Positions 13,131 to 26,790 of a stretch of 64,000 bases of DNA are shown one piece after another. The DNA lies in the NCBI RefSeq assembly GCF_006345805.1, contig NW_021832411.1, forward strand, positions 1-64,000, in the 5' to 3' direction. A program made the translations under genes and the position numbers. Positions within the stretch are counted from its first letter, which is position 1. Each line of letters opens with the position of its first letter. The notes under the pieces were generated by a model that was not told the DNA's origin, did not search any database, and saw only the letters and a program-made list of their open reading frames with translations. Source of the DNA: Octopus sinensis. Lineage: Eukaryota.

Positions 13131-13791
13131 CTTTTCCTCGGTCCAGATTGGCATCGTGCGTTTCAAGTCCCTTCATCACGTGAATGACGAATGACGTTTG
13201 ATCGACAAACAGATTTATTTCTTTCTCTAAAATAAATAGCGAAAAATATGGAATTGTTGTTTCGTGACTCTTATTGCTGTTGTTTATTTTGCCCATTTGT
13301 TCCCGAACTTTGATTCTTCTGACATATAGCACCACATTTTAGCTTTTATCATTTTTTTTTATCTTTTTAGACATAAAGGTGATTATTGGATATCGAATTC
13401 TGATCTGTATGTCACTACGAAGATCGATTGTCGTGTTTTTATTTGTGTAGGAGCATTGTAAAGGGAAACACTGCCCTGTCGGCTAATGTTTTATTTTCTG
13501 ACATGTTTCGGATTGTGTTGTGCTTCGTAACACTTTTTGTTTAGCTTTGGGAGTTTCTGTTTTGGGTTTTTTTCATTTTTTTTTTTCAATATTTCCTTAT
13601 AGTTGCATTGTCATGCGACGTGACAGCATGGTACAAGTATGTTTAATGTGACAATTAAATTCATACGGCATATAACTGACAATGAATGATTATATTTACA
13701 TTAGGAGAGTTAGCTTACTAGTAGTTAGCTTACTAACTACTAGTAATACTCAGCGTTAGCGCTTGAAAAAGTCAACCTCTTATCCTTTAGT

Positions 13792-14271
<480 letters not shown>

Positions 14272-14864
14272 GTTTCGTAAAAGAAAAAACTGTAATATTT
14301 CAGATACGTTTTTAGTACGATGAAGACTGTAGTATTTCTAAAGCCCTGTTTTAAGGTGTATATTTTATTTCTAAAATTCGATGCCAATGATAAACGCTCC
14401 AAAACCACGCACTACTCGATATAAGAAAGAAAAAAAACATTTGGCATTAGTAGTAATCAGGAAAGATCACAACAACATTATTTTGGTTTTTCTACAAAGT
14501 TCATAATGAAGCAACCAGAGCTATCAGCTTAAATATCATAGGCGACGATGTTTGGTTGGTAGATGTCATGTTTCTTCTGTGTTATATTTATGTCAAGAGA
14601 CAAATGAGTTACAGCTGAATTTTTAGTTGTTTTCAATGCAGCACATCTGATGTGTCAGAGAAGTGAGCTGCGTTGTTGAATAGTGACGTCGTCACCAAAC
14701 TTTTAAAACTGGGAAAAATAACTTTCGAAAAACATCAGCAACGATAGTTTTTTGGGGTTCTTTTTTTTTTCATTACATTTTGACATTGAATACGTTTGGC
14801 AATTCAATAAATACAAACCTGTCTTCATACAATTCTTTATTGCTATTATTAATAAGAAAAAAAG

Positions 14865-15010
14865 GCGGTGAGTTAGCAGAATTGTTAGCACGACAGACAA
14901 AATGCTTAACAGCGTTTATTTCGGTTTCATATTCTCAGTACAAATTCCCCCAAGACCGACTTTACCTGTCATCCCTCAAAATTTCAGGCTTTGTGTCTAT
15001 TATAGAAAGG
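14865..15010 (+). mobile_element. SINE family A, diverged/deleted
   Basis: AAGGCGGTGAGTTAGCAGAATTGTTAGCAC head; AAATTTCAGGCTTTGTGTCTAT tail. Confidence 0.7.
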
Positions 15011-16072
15011 AGTATTATGATTATCATTTTTTTAACGAAATGCTTACAAATAATATTTTTTCATTATATATTTCAGAGAAATTTCTCTGAAGTTAAAAGA
15101 CACGAAACTCGGTTTGTAGAACATGGCTTCATTGTCTGGAGGTTTGTTCCATTTACCATTTTCAGAAACAGAATAATGATATTGAAACCTGAATAAATCT
15201 ATAAGCTATTACAGCTATTACCACTGAAGTAATAATTACCACAATATCAACTGTTACCCCAGTACCAGTCACCATCCCAGTAACTTCACCTGGGTCTTGG
15301 ATTATTTTAGCGGATGTCATTCTGTTGTAAGCATTCAAACTTGGACTCTGGTCGTAGGTTAACTCACTCCTTTCCTCTCATCAATGTCGGATGCCGTGAA
15401 GAGGTGGGTGATGATTGTTGCTGCCCCCGCCTTCACTAAATGGTAAAACAATCCCCGTAATTATTTCAGTAGTAGTGCACATTAGTACGATAGGCAGATA
15501 ATAGTATAGCAGCGACCATTGCTAGAATTACAATCATTACGACATCAAACAAGTATTATTAACATTACGTTATTACTACGTAAATAGCTTTCACTGTTGG
15601 CAGTTAATCTCTATTATCCAGCTTCAATAAAGTATTACATGTTACCAGCCATTAACATAGTAACCGCAATGTATCCTAAAACTTTATTAGAGAGAATTAA
15701 CTAATTAATATGGTCTCGATTCTATCATAAAATATCCTTCAAATACTCAGACAAATTTTCGCGATAAAATTTATTTACTCTGGATATACAAACAATAAAT
15801 TTGGGATAATGTAGTGCTAATCATTCTAAAGTTGATACGGATTAAACTAGGTTTAGACCGTGATCTTTACATTATTAGATCGTTAGAAGTGAAAATATCC
15901 AAATTGTTTTGAAACTGCTAAAAGTAGTTTCTTATGAGCGATGAAGTATTGCATAAAATATAATTATTTCCATAAAATATAATTGGAACCATAATAACAG
16001 CTATTAACAGCAGTAATGGCTGTTAACACACGACTGAAGTTATAATGGTAGCTATTATTATTACAAGCGGTG

Positions 16073-17075
16073 AAGGCGGCGAGCAGGCATAATCGTTGGC
16101 TCGCCGGGGAAAATGCTTAGCGGCATTTCGTCCTGAGTTCAAATTCCACTGAGGTCGACTCTGCCTTTCATCCATTGAGGTCGATGAAATAAATACCAGT
16201 TAAGCCCTGGGGTCGATGTAATCGACTAGCCCCCTCCCCCAAAGTTTCAGGTTTTGCGCCTGTAGTGGAAAGGCTTCTTACAACTGGTGGTGGGCTGGGC
16301 AATATGCTTAGCGGCATTTTGTCTGTCTTTACGTTCTGAGTTCAAATTCCGCCGAGGCCGACTTTACCTTTCATCCTTCCGGAGTCGATAAAATGAGTAC
16401 CAGATGCGTACTGGGGTCGATGTAATCAACTGCTGACCCTGTGTCAATGTTTGAGACCATTATTACGACAATAGTAGCGGTTTGTATTTCTTCCAACTCT
16501 TAATGTTCTGAGATCAAATCTCACCGAAGTCGATTTTGCATTTCATTTTTCAGGATCGATCAAAATAAAATACCAGTCAAATACCGGAATCGATATTATC
16601 GACAAACACATTCCTTTAAACTTTCTGGACTCATACCTAACGTATTTTCCGGTATACGAGTCGAAATTTTCACTTAAAAACTCACAGCCAAAAAGATAAG
16701 TCGACTCATACGCCAATACGACTTTGGAAGAGCAAAAACTCCATGTGAAATGCAGCAGAATTTGGAAAAATTGTGACGATATTTCAATGATTACCTTCCA
16801 TGTTTGTTCTATATATTACACCGACTTGTATGCCGGAAAACACGGTACCTCAGAAACCATTATTACAAGGGTAGCAGTTTGGCTGAATCATTAGCGCGTC
16901 GAACAAAATGCTTTGTGGTATTACTTCTGGTTCTTTGCATTCTAAGTTCAAATCCTGTCTATGTCAGATTTGCCTTTCATCTCACCGGGGATAAAAGAAT
17001 CGGTTCAGAAACTGAATCAATACTATCGATTAACTTTCTTCCCCAAAATGTTTAGCCTTGTGCTCTTAACACAAC
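16073..17075 (+). mobile_element. Cluster of about 4 diverged family A SINEs plus a short pogo/Tc-like TIR remnant
   Basis: GTTCAAAT B-boxes with the GTCGAC/TTTCATCC body at about 16073-16280, 16290-16430, 16470-16640 and 16865-17075; TATTTTCCGGTATACGAGTCG..GTCGACTCATACG at 16643-16715. Confidence 0.7.
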
Positions 17076-17099
17076 AATATAATAGTAGCTCTTCTGAAC

Positions 17100-17110
17100 A
17101 CCACCACCAT

Positions 17111-17180
<70 letters not shown>

Positions 17181-17182
17181 AC
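17100..17182. repeat. (CAC)(CTA)n(CTG)n compound trinucleotide repeat
   Basis: Direct reading. Confidence 0.95.
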
Positions 17183-17790
17183 TATATCATAGTAACAGAG
17201 AATATCACAGTGGTAGTTATTGTGGTAATCACTTCATGGTGTGATTTAACCAAGATTTTGGCTGCTATTTCTTCGCTTTGAGGTCTCTTCATTGGTTCGA
17301 TTGATATCAAAGAGTTTATTGTCGGTAAAAGAATATTTACATGAAGTAACATAACTGGCTTGACTGGTAGCAGCTGTAAACTAGAAACAGTCAAGGAAGG
17401 ATATTCTATACTAACAGCTTCCTGTTGAAAATTCGAAGTCTTTGTGATTCATTTCGATTACTAAGTCTCTAGTATGTAATGTAGGTGACCTGCGACCTAA
17501 GGTTAAATACAGAACATTACGAACGTGATTTAAAAGTAAAGATATTTTGGTTCTAAAATTAATATAGTCTTATATCAGATTTTCTTCAAACGGAGATAGA
17601 TGATTATTGCTGTATTCAAGTTAGATGCATTTATCATCTTGTGCATGCATAAGTGTGTAACTTCGTGTGCATGTGTCTGTGTTTTTATGTGATGAGTTTC
17701 GAGAACCGCTATTCCAAATAAGAATTATAACACTTTCTCTTTGGACCAATGGTAAAGCTCCTGTCATGTCTACAGAAGTGGGTTCGAATA

Positions 17791-18023
17791 AGGCGGTGAG
17801 CTGGCAGAAACGTTAGCAACGCCGGGCGAAATACTTAGCAGTATTTCGTTTGTCTTTACATTCTGAGTTCAAATTCCTCCGAGGTCGACTTTGCCTTTCA
17901 TCCTTGCGGGGTCGATTAAATAAGTACCAGTTAAGCACTGGAGCCGATGTAATCGACATAATCCCTTTGTCTGTCCTTGTTTGCCCCGTCTATGTTTAGC
18001 CCCTTGCGGGCAATAAAGAAATA
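17791..18023 (+). mobile_element. SINE family A, full length with ~17 bp TSD
   Basis: TSD AGAAGTGGGTTCGAATA (17774-17790) / AGAAGTCGGTTCGTATT (18024-18040); B-box GAGTTCAAATTCC. Confidence 0.92.
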
Positions 18024-18347
18024 AGAAGTCGGTTCGTATTCGATATTTTTTGTATCTAAAAATGTTTTACAAGCCAATATTTAAATGCTGTTCTTCATAG
18101 CTGTATTTGATTGACTTCGAGAACTACTTTTCTCTGACCAATAAAAAATAAATTATTTCACCAACTCTCGAAAGTTTACGACCTTGTTATGACGTCAACA
18201 ATATGTATATATACACGTATTAAACATCAGTATAGTCATATATTCATACAAAAGTGTGTGTATTTATACAAACATAAACATCTTTAAGTACACATAGTGT
18301 ATAAAGTTATGTGTGTTAATATACAGCTGTATATGCATATGTGTGTG

Positions 18348-18385
<38 letters not shown>

Positions 18386-18422
18386 TATAAATACATACAA
18401 GCGTGTATAGATAAATAGACAT

Positions 18423-18473
<51 letters not shown>

Positions 18474-18570
18474 TACATGCATATATATACATATAAATTC
18501 ATACATACATCGAAACATATTTACATAGACGCATATGTCTATATATACATATAAATACATGTATATATAT

Positions 18571-18604
<34 letters not shown>

Positions 18605-18869
18605 ATATATATATATATACGTATAAATGCATACATATGTATCTACATATAAATGCACACCTATATATATGTGCACGGATTCAAATATATATATAATATA
18701 CATAACTTGTGTATGCATGTATGCATACGTACGTACGTGCAAGCATAAAAACAGTGTCTCCAGTTAGAGATGCTGGTATTCCTTGTTACTATGGTTACAG
18801 ATAAGGTGGTAGCTGGTAGATTTAGTGTTCATAGTAGCTAGTATTATTGATATAGTTGTGTTAAATAGT

Positions 18870-19050
18870 AGAGGGCCAGAAATTTTGGTGAAGGAGGTCA
18901 ATCGATACTATTGACTCCGTTACTGGACTGATCCTTTCCTTCCCTGCGAGATGAAAGGCAAAGATGGCGAGGATGAGGTTTGAACTTAAAACGCTGAGCC
19001 GGAAGAAATACCGCAAAGCACTTTGTCTGATGCTGTAATGATTCCGCCAA
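18870..19050 (-). mobile_element. SINE family A, diverged
   Basis: AGGCCAGAAATTTT tail (rc) and GATGAAAGGCAAAG..TTTGAAC..AAATACCGC (rc body/head). Confidence 0.75.
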
Positions 19051-19685
19051 GATACTGCTCTTACTAATATACATGCATATACATACAAGCAGACATACAC
19101 ACACACACACATACACACACACATACATGCAAGCACACACACACATACATGCAAGCACACACACACATAAATTACACTCATGAATACATACATACACTCA
19201 TACATACGTACATTAATACATACATACACTCATACACATACATACATATATACATACGTACACATACATACACACATACACACGCACATCCAGTCACACA
19301 CACGTACATACATACATACATACATACATACATACATACATCACACACATACATACATACACATACACACGCACGCACGCACACACACACATACATACAT
19401 AATACATACATACATACATACATACATACATACATACATACATACATACATACATACATACATACATACATGAAGGCATAGCAATATTATCTCCTGTTGG
19501 ATCATTCACAATCAAGTGAGGCCAATGGTCGTCGAAATTTTGAAATCATCCTCACCATTTTTCACAGAAAATAAACACTTTCTTTAAGAATAAAGTGTTT
19601 CTGCAGTTAAAGTTTAAATGCTTCTATGCATATTTATATGTCACAAACGTACACACACACATTCACACTCATCGATATATCGTCG

Positions 19686-20052
19686 TGGTACTCCGTCGGT
19701 TGCGACGACGAGGGTTCCAGTTGATCCGATCAACGGAACAACCCGCTCCTGAAATTATCGTGCAAGTGGCTGAGCACTCCACAGACACGTCGTTCTCGGG
19801 GAGATTCAGCGTGACACAGAGTGGGATAACGCTGGCCCTTTGAAATACAGGTACAACAGAAACAGGAAGAAAAAGCGAGAGAAAGTTGTGGTGAAAGAAT
19901 ACAGCAGGGGTCGCCACCAACCCCTGCCGTAGCTTGGAGGAGCTTTAGGTGTTTTCGCTCAATAGACACTCACAACGCCTAGTCTGGAGATCGAAACCAC
20001 GATCCTACGACCGCGAGTCCGCTGCCTTAACCACTGGAGCCTTGCACCTCCA
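19686..20052 (-). mobile_element. SINE family B, full length
   Basis: Reverse complement of 2248-2626 along its whole length. Confidence 0.9.
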
Positions 20053-20084
20053 CATCAACATATATATATAAAGTATATATACGA

Positions 20085-20495
20085 CGGCGAGCTGGCAGAA
20101 TCATTAGCACGCCGGGCGAAATGCTTGGCGGTATTTCGTCTGCCGTTACGTTCTGAGTTCAAATTCCGCCGAGGCCCACTTTGCCTTTCATCCTTTCGGA
20201 GTCGATTAAATAAGTACCAGTTAGGCACTGGGGTCGATATAATCAACTTAATCCGTTTGTTTGTCCTTGTTTGTCCTCTCTGTGTTTAGCCCCTTGTGGG
20301 TAGTAAAGAAATAGGTATTTCGTCTGCCGTTACGTTCTGAGTTCAAATTCCGCCGAGGTCTACTTTACCTTTAGTCCTCTCGGGATCGATTAAATAAGTA
20401 CTAGTTATGCACTGGAGTCGATGTAATCGACTTAATCCGTTTGTCTGTCGTAGTTTGTCCCCTCTATGCCTAGCCTCTTGTGGCCAATAAAGAAA
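20085..20495 (+). mobile_element. Family A SINE head-body-tail-body-tail dimer
   Basis: After tail AAAGAAATA the sequence re-enters at GGTATTTCGTCTGCCGTTACG (~20314) and repeats the body and tail. Confidence 0.9.
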
Positions 20496-21919
20496 TGAAT
20501 ATGCGTACATTGTAGTCTTTATGCAGTGATTAATAAAACAAAGGCATCAACGCGAGTTTCATGCTGGAACGTTGTTGGTTGTGTATTATATAAGCATAAC
20601 CGTTATCGCAGCGCCTACAGCTTACTTTCTGCAATAAACTATATTAAACTCTTTTATCGGTATACAAACATGATACGTACATGCATACATATATATTTTT
20701 TACACACGTGCACACACACACACACACCACACACACACACAAGATTTTCAGCGCATCGTATCACCAAATTCGACGTTCGATGTTCGTTTTCTAGTAAGCG
20801 TTGATAGAAAAGATGTTAAAATAAACTGCAGTGACCAAACAAAATTGAAGTTGCATAACCCACACAAATATGCGTGTGTGTATATATATGCAGGTGTGTG
20901 TATGCAAATGTGTGCGTATGTGTGTGTGTGCGTGCACGCGTTTATTATTAATATATATATAATATGTTAACCGCTGAATATTTCTGCTATTCGTTTCAAA
21001 TGTTATGCTCTGTCGCTATAATGGCGATTGAGGATTTATTTAGCTTTATAAATTACATACAAGTCTGTAAGTGTAAGCACATGTGTGTGTGTGTGTGTAT
21101 ACATACATACATACACACATACATACATACATACATACATACATACATACATACATACATACATACATACATACATACATACATACATACATGTATATAC
21201 ATATACACATATGAATGTATGTGTATATATGTATATGTGTACATGTAATTATATCTATGTGTACAAAGAAAGAAATGAAAGAAAGACCATTTCTTTGTTT
21301 ATTTAATTCGTTCTTGTCCCCTTGTCCCGCCCCATCTCACCTCCCATCATCATTCAATTTTTTCGATTGCCGACTCAATATTATTGCGAACGTCTTCAAT
21401 CGTATTCATGTTATTGGACTCACTTACATAATAAATACACACACATAGTGATAAATATATGTGTGTATCTATGTGTGTGTGTTTGTGTATGTGTGTATAC
21501 ACATGCATATTTACACACGCCAAAGTCGGCTGGGAGAAGAAAAAGAGTAATATAATAAAATTTACCAATAGTGAAATACCAAATGCTTAAAGAAGCAGAG
21601 TCTGATACCAATAAAACTATGAGGTTGTCCTTTGTAAATCCTCTCAACTACAAAACGGTTGCTATTGCAATATAATTGAAATGGAGAGCTTTAATATAGC
21701 CATGAAAAACATCAGAAACCTGTAGTTTTAATAATACTTTTATCAGTCATGTATTGCCGATAATATAAAAAGAGGTATCTTAAAATAAGACGCTGCTTCT
21801 TGGAGTTAAATAAGATAATGATTGCTAAAGCAGGTAAACTAGAGAGGAAAGCATAGTCATAAATGGATGGTTTTTAGTAGAAAGCATGGTTTGAACCAGA
21901 AAAGAACTGCTAGGCTGCA

Positions 21920-22262
21920 CTTGTTCTGAGTTCAAACCCAGCTGGTCACCTTTGCCTTTCGTTGTTTTCTGGGGGTCGACAAAATATGGTAACGGTTGGA
22001 TTGATTACATCGACTATTCCCTTCTCTTCAAATCTGTTAGCCTTATGCCCAGATCAGAAACCATCCTCATCATTATCATCATCATTTTACAAAATACTTA
22101 AAGTGGTACCTTGCAGCATTTCTTCTGGTTCTTTACGTCCTGAGTTCAAATCCCGCTCAGATCAACTTTGCCTTTCATCCCTCAGCGAAGCACCGGTGTC
22201 AATGGTATCGATTAATCCACCCCCGTCAATAATTGTTGACTTTGTGCTTAAATCAGAAGCCT
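21920..22262 (+). mobile_element. Two diverged family A SINE fragments
   Basis: GAGTTCAAA B-boxes and CTTTGCCTTTC body motifs at ~21925 and ~22140. Confidence 0.65.
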
Positions 22263-22269
22263 TAATTTA

Positions 22270-23580
22270 ACAACCCTCTTCAGATCCACCAGATCATATC
22301 TGGAATTGTTATCCGGTGAGGCAGTATATAGAGACAGCGTAGGTTTTCCGCTGTTTAAAGTCATCGTCTACACAGACGACACGAATGAAACCGTTAAAAT
22401 TTATTTAAAAAAAAAGAATAATAATACCAGATTGACAAATTGGTCAAGCTGTCGTTGACGAGGGCACTTGGCAATAACAAATGGTTTGCCTTGGGAAGGC
22501 CGATCAGAGTAGAATCAATAAGGTTTAGTAAAGAAGTATCGATAGAGAAGCCGACAACAGAGGAAGGCCTAGATACAAACTTGGAAGAGGCGCTTGAGAA
22601 GAATATCGCACCGACATGCTTGCAGAGATATTGGTCCTTAAGCAATTCTTTAATGCGAAGCACAAAGCTGCGTTGTCAGACAGAAGTAAGGCACGTGCTC
22701 TGAGACACGAAGGAACGAAAACCGTTCAATGGGTTCGAGTGCCGAGTGACAAAGTTACAGCGTGACAACGAATCCACAATTCAGTATTTGGCAGAGCAAG
22801 ATGAGTGCGTGTTAGTTAATCTCATACTGGTGTTTGCGGCTTTTCAGCAGCACTTTGCCTAACTGTTTGGGACGACTGGCGTACCGGATCGAGGATGGAC
22901 TTCAATGCCTACATCAACGGCCTACTATAACTCTCGACAAGGAATGCGAAGTGGGGTGAAAAGTCGACAACAATCTCAGAAATAAGGGAAACGATGGCTG
23001 GCTGCCCGGTGGGGGTGGGGTGAAATCGCTTTCTTTGAATAATCTACCCATGAGCTTTATATTTATATGCCGGACTTGTTTGGTGACTTTTTGGCAGTTG
23101 GTAGCAGAATAAGAAAACTGTGATTCGAGAAACGTTTGTTGTTTTTGAGAAATGACCGAAATAAAGGGATTACATGGATAAGTTTCAGCCCGTAACACGA
23201 AAATTTCAAGGTTTTGATCATAGTGAAGAAGTTTTCGGTCCTTACCATCAGTAGTCTAATCGATGATGTGCAAACATGCTCCATCCCAAACAAATCAATC
23301 TCCGGCAGCCTCCACCTCATGCGATACATCATAGAGAGGATGAGTAAGGAACTTCGTATAAGTTGTGTTATGCTTAGCTGTGATCAACTGAAAGCTTTTT
23401 ATAAGGTCAACCGTCAATACTTGACGACTGTCCTCATAGCAACCGTTTTCGATTCTGTCTTCAGGGACTGTATCGTCGAAATATGCGCAATATACAGACA
23501 TCTGCGCGGTGATTTAGATGAATGGTTACGTTTAGGAATCCTTCAGTATCATGTGCAGAGTCCGTTGTACTCACTACTCA
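22270..23580 (+). mobile_element. Tx1/L1-clade LINE ORF2 fragment (linker and RT N-terminal part), decayed
   Basis: LP.ELY.YMPDLFGDFLAV (~23045-23100) and QTCSIPNKSISGSLHLMRYII..SCDQLKAFYKVNRQYL match the Tx1-type QTC..PGR.I..NLH..R..+..LDQ.KAFD.V.H.YL RT motif; many frameshifts. Confidence 0.78.
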
Positions 23581-23712
23581 TCTAACATGTTCCGCTATCA
23601 TACATTTGATGGGAGAAATAAATCATTTTCCATAAATACAATACAGATTGCTAATCTTCGCCTGGATTCGAAATTTCGCCCTAGGATTTACATAAAACAA
23701 ACGTCAGCGCAT

Positions 23713-24108
23713 GCGTGGCTGTGCGGTAAGAAGCTTGCTTCCCAACCACATGGTTCCAGATTCAGGTCCACCGCGTAGCACCTTCAGCAAGTGTCTTTTA
23801 CTATAGCCATAGGCCGACCAAATCCTTGTAAGTGGATTTGGTAGACGGAAACTGAAAGAAAGCCGTCGTGTGTGTGTGTGTGTGTGTGTGTGTGTTTCTT
23901 CCCTACTACTGCTTGGCAACCGGTACCGGTGTTGAAGTGTTTACGTCCCTGTAACTTAGCAGTTTGACAAAAGGACTCCGATAGAATTAGCACTGGGCAT
24001 TTCAAAACAATAAGTTTTGGTGCTGATTCGTTCAACACAAAATTCTTTGAGGCGGTGCCCCAGCATGGCCGCAGGCTAATGACTCGAACAAGTAAAAGAT
24101 AAAAGATA
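23713..24108 (+). mobile_element. SINE family C, full length, internal (TG)n
   Basis: GCGTGGCTGTGCGGTAAGAAGCTTGCTT head, CACCTTCAGCAAGTGTCTT CORE-like block, CAGCATGGCCGCA..AAGTAAAAGAT tail. Confidence 0.9.
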
Positions 24109-24499
24109 ATTTTCTTTCTACCACCAAAAGCAAATGAACAGAAAAAGTAGATTATTCTCCCACATGGGAGGCATTGGCAGAGAGAGGAAAGAAACCTACA
24201 TGTGTTACACATTTTCCTTTGCTGTTTAACGAAATATTTGTTAGCTATTAGGGTGGTTTTTCATCTTATAGTGGTGAGTTGTGAAAACATGGGAGTCACT
24301 ACGTGGTCTCAAGATCTGTTAAAAATAACAATCCAGTCTCTTTTCATTCACGATTTACTTTCTATAAGAATGGAAGAATACAGTGGAACATGTAGTTATA
24401 AATGTACAAAAATAAACAGAAGTGATTGCAGTTGAAATGCAGTTTATCATAGGCGAGCTCAGTTATGGCTAATCTATGGATAATAAATATTGGTTTCAA

Positions 24500-24708
24500 A
24501 TTTTGCCACAAGGCCAGCAAGTTTGATGGGGGAGTTAAGTCGATGACATCGACCCCCGGTGATCAACTGGTACTTATTTTATCGACCCCGAAAGGATGAG
24601 ATGCAAAGTCAACCTCGACGGAATTTGAACTCAGAACATAAAGACGGATGAAAAGCCACTAAGCATTTTGCCCAGCGTGCTAACGGTTCTGCCAGTTGGC
24701 TGCCTTAA
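24500..24708 (-). mobile_element. SINE family A
   Basis: rc body TGGTACTTATTTTATCGACCCCGAAAGGATGA and rc B-box GAATTTGAACTC. Confidence 0.85.
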
Positions 24709-25528
24709 ATGGATAATAAATATTAACACCAACACAAGCATATTCATAGCTAGGCAGATTAGGCCGTCGAGGAAACGGCAAGACAAGAGACGAACCACCA
24801 CTCGTCTTTTTATTTTGAACCCTATTTAAGGAGCCATCTGCTACTGTCTTTAGTTCGACAATAACATATTTCAAACATAGATTATTTGCACCTGTTCACT
24901 AAGAAGTATGCTTTAAATATAAATAAGGAATCTGAGAATACACAGAGAAAAAGAAATCGATTGAAAATACCTGGAAGCTTAACATTAACATTCTCTTTTG
25001 TTTATGTTTGTTTTTTCTTTTGTTTATTTGTTGTTGTTGTTGTTGTTGTTGCTGTTTGCTTCTTTTTTTAGCTTATTATATAATAATTTTATTTGCTTGT
25101 ATTTTTTGTATTTGGTTACATTTCATATTTATTTATTTATTTCGTTCTATGTTTTTAGGAAAACACAATTCTTAAGGAATTTTTTTCTAAAAGGATGTGT
25201 GTGTATGTGAGAGAGAGAGAGAGAAAGGGAGAGCAGAGCATGTGTGCATGTACGTGCGTGAGAGAGAGAGAGAGAGAGAATGTGTGTGTGTGTTGTGTGT
25301 GTGTGTGTGTGTGTGCGCGCGTGCGCGCGCGTGTGTGTGTACAGTTATATTGACTTATATGTATGTAGATAGATATTTTCATATTTTGCTTAGGCATAGT
25401 AATACTAATAAGCTGATGTTAGGTCTCAATATGCAAATGCTTGAGAAAAAAGCATTAGTCGAGCAGAGAGCGTAATAAGGAGTAATATAAATGACAAGGG
25501 AACAAGAAATTATGTAATGAATTTCATT

Positions 25529-25609
25529 AGCTTACAGCTGTTTCTGCTAAAAGATGCACTGCACTTATAAATGAGTGTTCGTGTATCACCTTATAGCTTC
25601 GTCAGAGCT
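25529..25609 (-). ncRNA. Hammerhead-like motif (type I) with long helix II, probably PLE-derived
   Basis: Minus strand: AGCT-CUGACGA-A-GCUA-U-AAGGUG...CAUCUU-U-UAGC-A-GAAA-CAGCUG-UA^AGCU. Palindromic helix III ACAGCUGU; A.A mismatch at the base of helix II. Confidence 0.55.
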
Positions 25610-26173
25610 TCAAAAAAAGTGTTATTGAATTTAGGAAAGCATTTCTACGGAAAGCACCACCGTCGAAAAAGTATATGAAAATAAATGCGAAATGAAGTAT
25701 AGAATTTGACGGGCAAAAGTTACTCCCAGCAATATGTAGACTTAGATATTTTTCTACATATATGTGTATACAGGTAGGCATATGATGAACCCTTATATAA
25801 ATAACTATTTATACGCATATACAAAATATAGACAGAATATGCATAGTAATACAGGATTGACCTTAAAATACCCAGACATATGACTGTGCGTGTGTGAGTA
25901 TAAATATGTGTGCGTTAGCGTATCAGAATCGACACAATTAGGAGGAAAGAAATTTGACGTCAGCAGTAAAGAAAGCCGGAACAAATACCGCATGCTATTT
26001 TGGAAAAAACACGAACGATTTTACCAATTCTATGGCTTCAGTCTTTTAGTATATCTTGATATAATCTATAATATTTCTATATGTTGTAATAGCGTCAATT
26101 CTGTTTTACTGATTATTACAGTCTGCAGAGCCTTTTTGCATTATATATCTGCTATGTATGTACTATGTATGTA

Positions 26174-26485
26174 CATCTTCTCTTCGACTTACGACCTATG
26201 CGACTTACGACCATCTGCACTTAGGGAAATAAATATATAGATAAATAAAAAATCAATTTTTGGACATTGGGCAGCTGCGCGTACGATAACTATGGCAGCA
26301 TCTGGCAACGCAGGTCTCCCTCAGACCCAGGCATCCACTGCCTGCCATTGTCTCCCACTCAATCACTTTCAAGCATCAGTTGCGTTTGAATGGAAATTGT
26401 GTTGAAAATTATTAATCCGACATTCGACCAGATCGACTTACGACCTGTCAGTCGGAACGGAACTCGGTCGTAAGCCAAGGAGGTG
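26174..26485. mobile_element. Tigger/pogo-like MITE
   Basis: Imperfect TIRs CATCTTCTCTTCGACTTACGACC and GGTCGTAAGCCAAGGAGGTG flanked by TA at both ends. Confidence 0.7.
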
Positions 26486-26502
26486 TATTGTATATGTAAT
26501 GC

Positions 26503-26790
26503 GAAGGTGCGTGGCTTATTGGTTAAGGTATTTGGCTCACGATCGTAAAGTCGTGTTAAGGTCGTGTGTTCGATACTCAGTCACACGTTGTGTCCTTGAG
26601 CAAGACACTTTATTTCATGTTGTTCCAGTCCGCTCATCTGGCAAAAATGAGTTGTACCTGTATTTAAAAGGGCCAGCCTTGTCACATTGTGTATCACGCT
26701 GAATCTCCCTGAGAACTACGTTAAGAATACATGAGCCTGTGGAGTACTCAGCCACTTGCACTAGAACCCTCGTCGCCATGATCGACGAAA
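26503..26790 (+). mobile_element. tRNA-derived SINE, family D head with B-type body
   Basis: GAAGGTGCGTGGCTTATTGGTTAAGG head, CTTGAGCAAGACACTT block, CACGCTGAATCTCCCTGAGAACTACGTTAAG body shared with family B. Confidence 0.75.
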
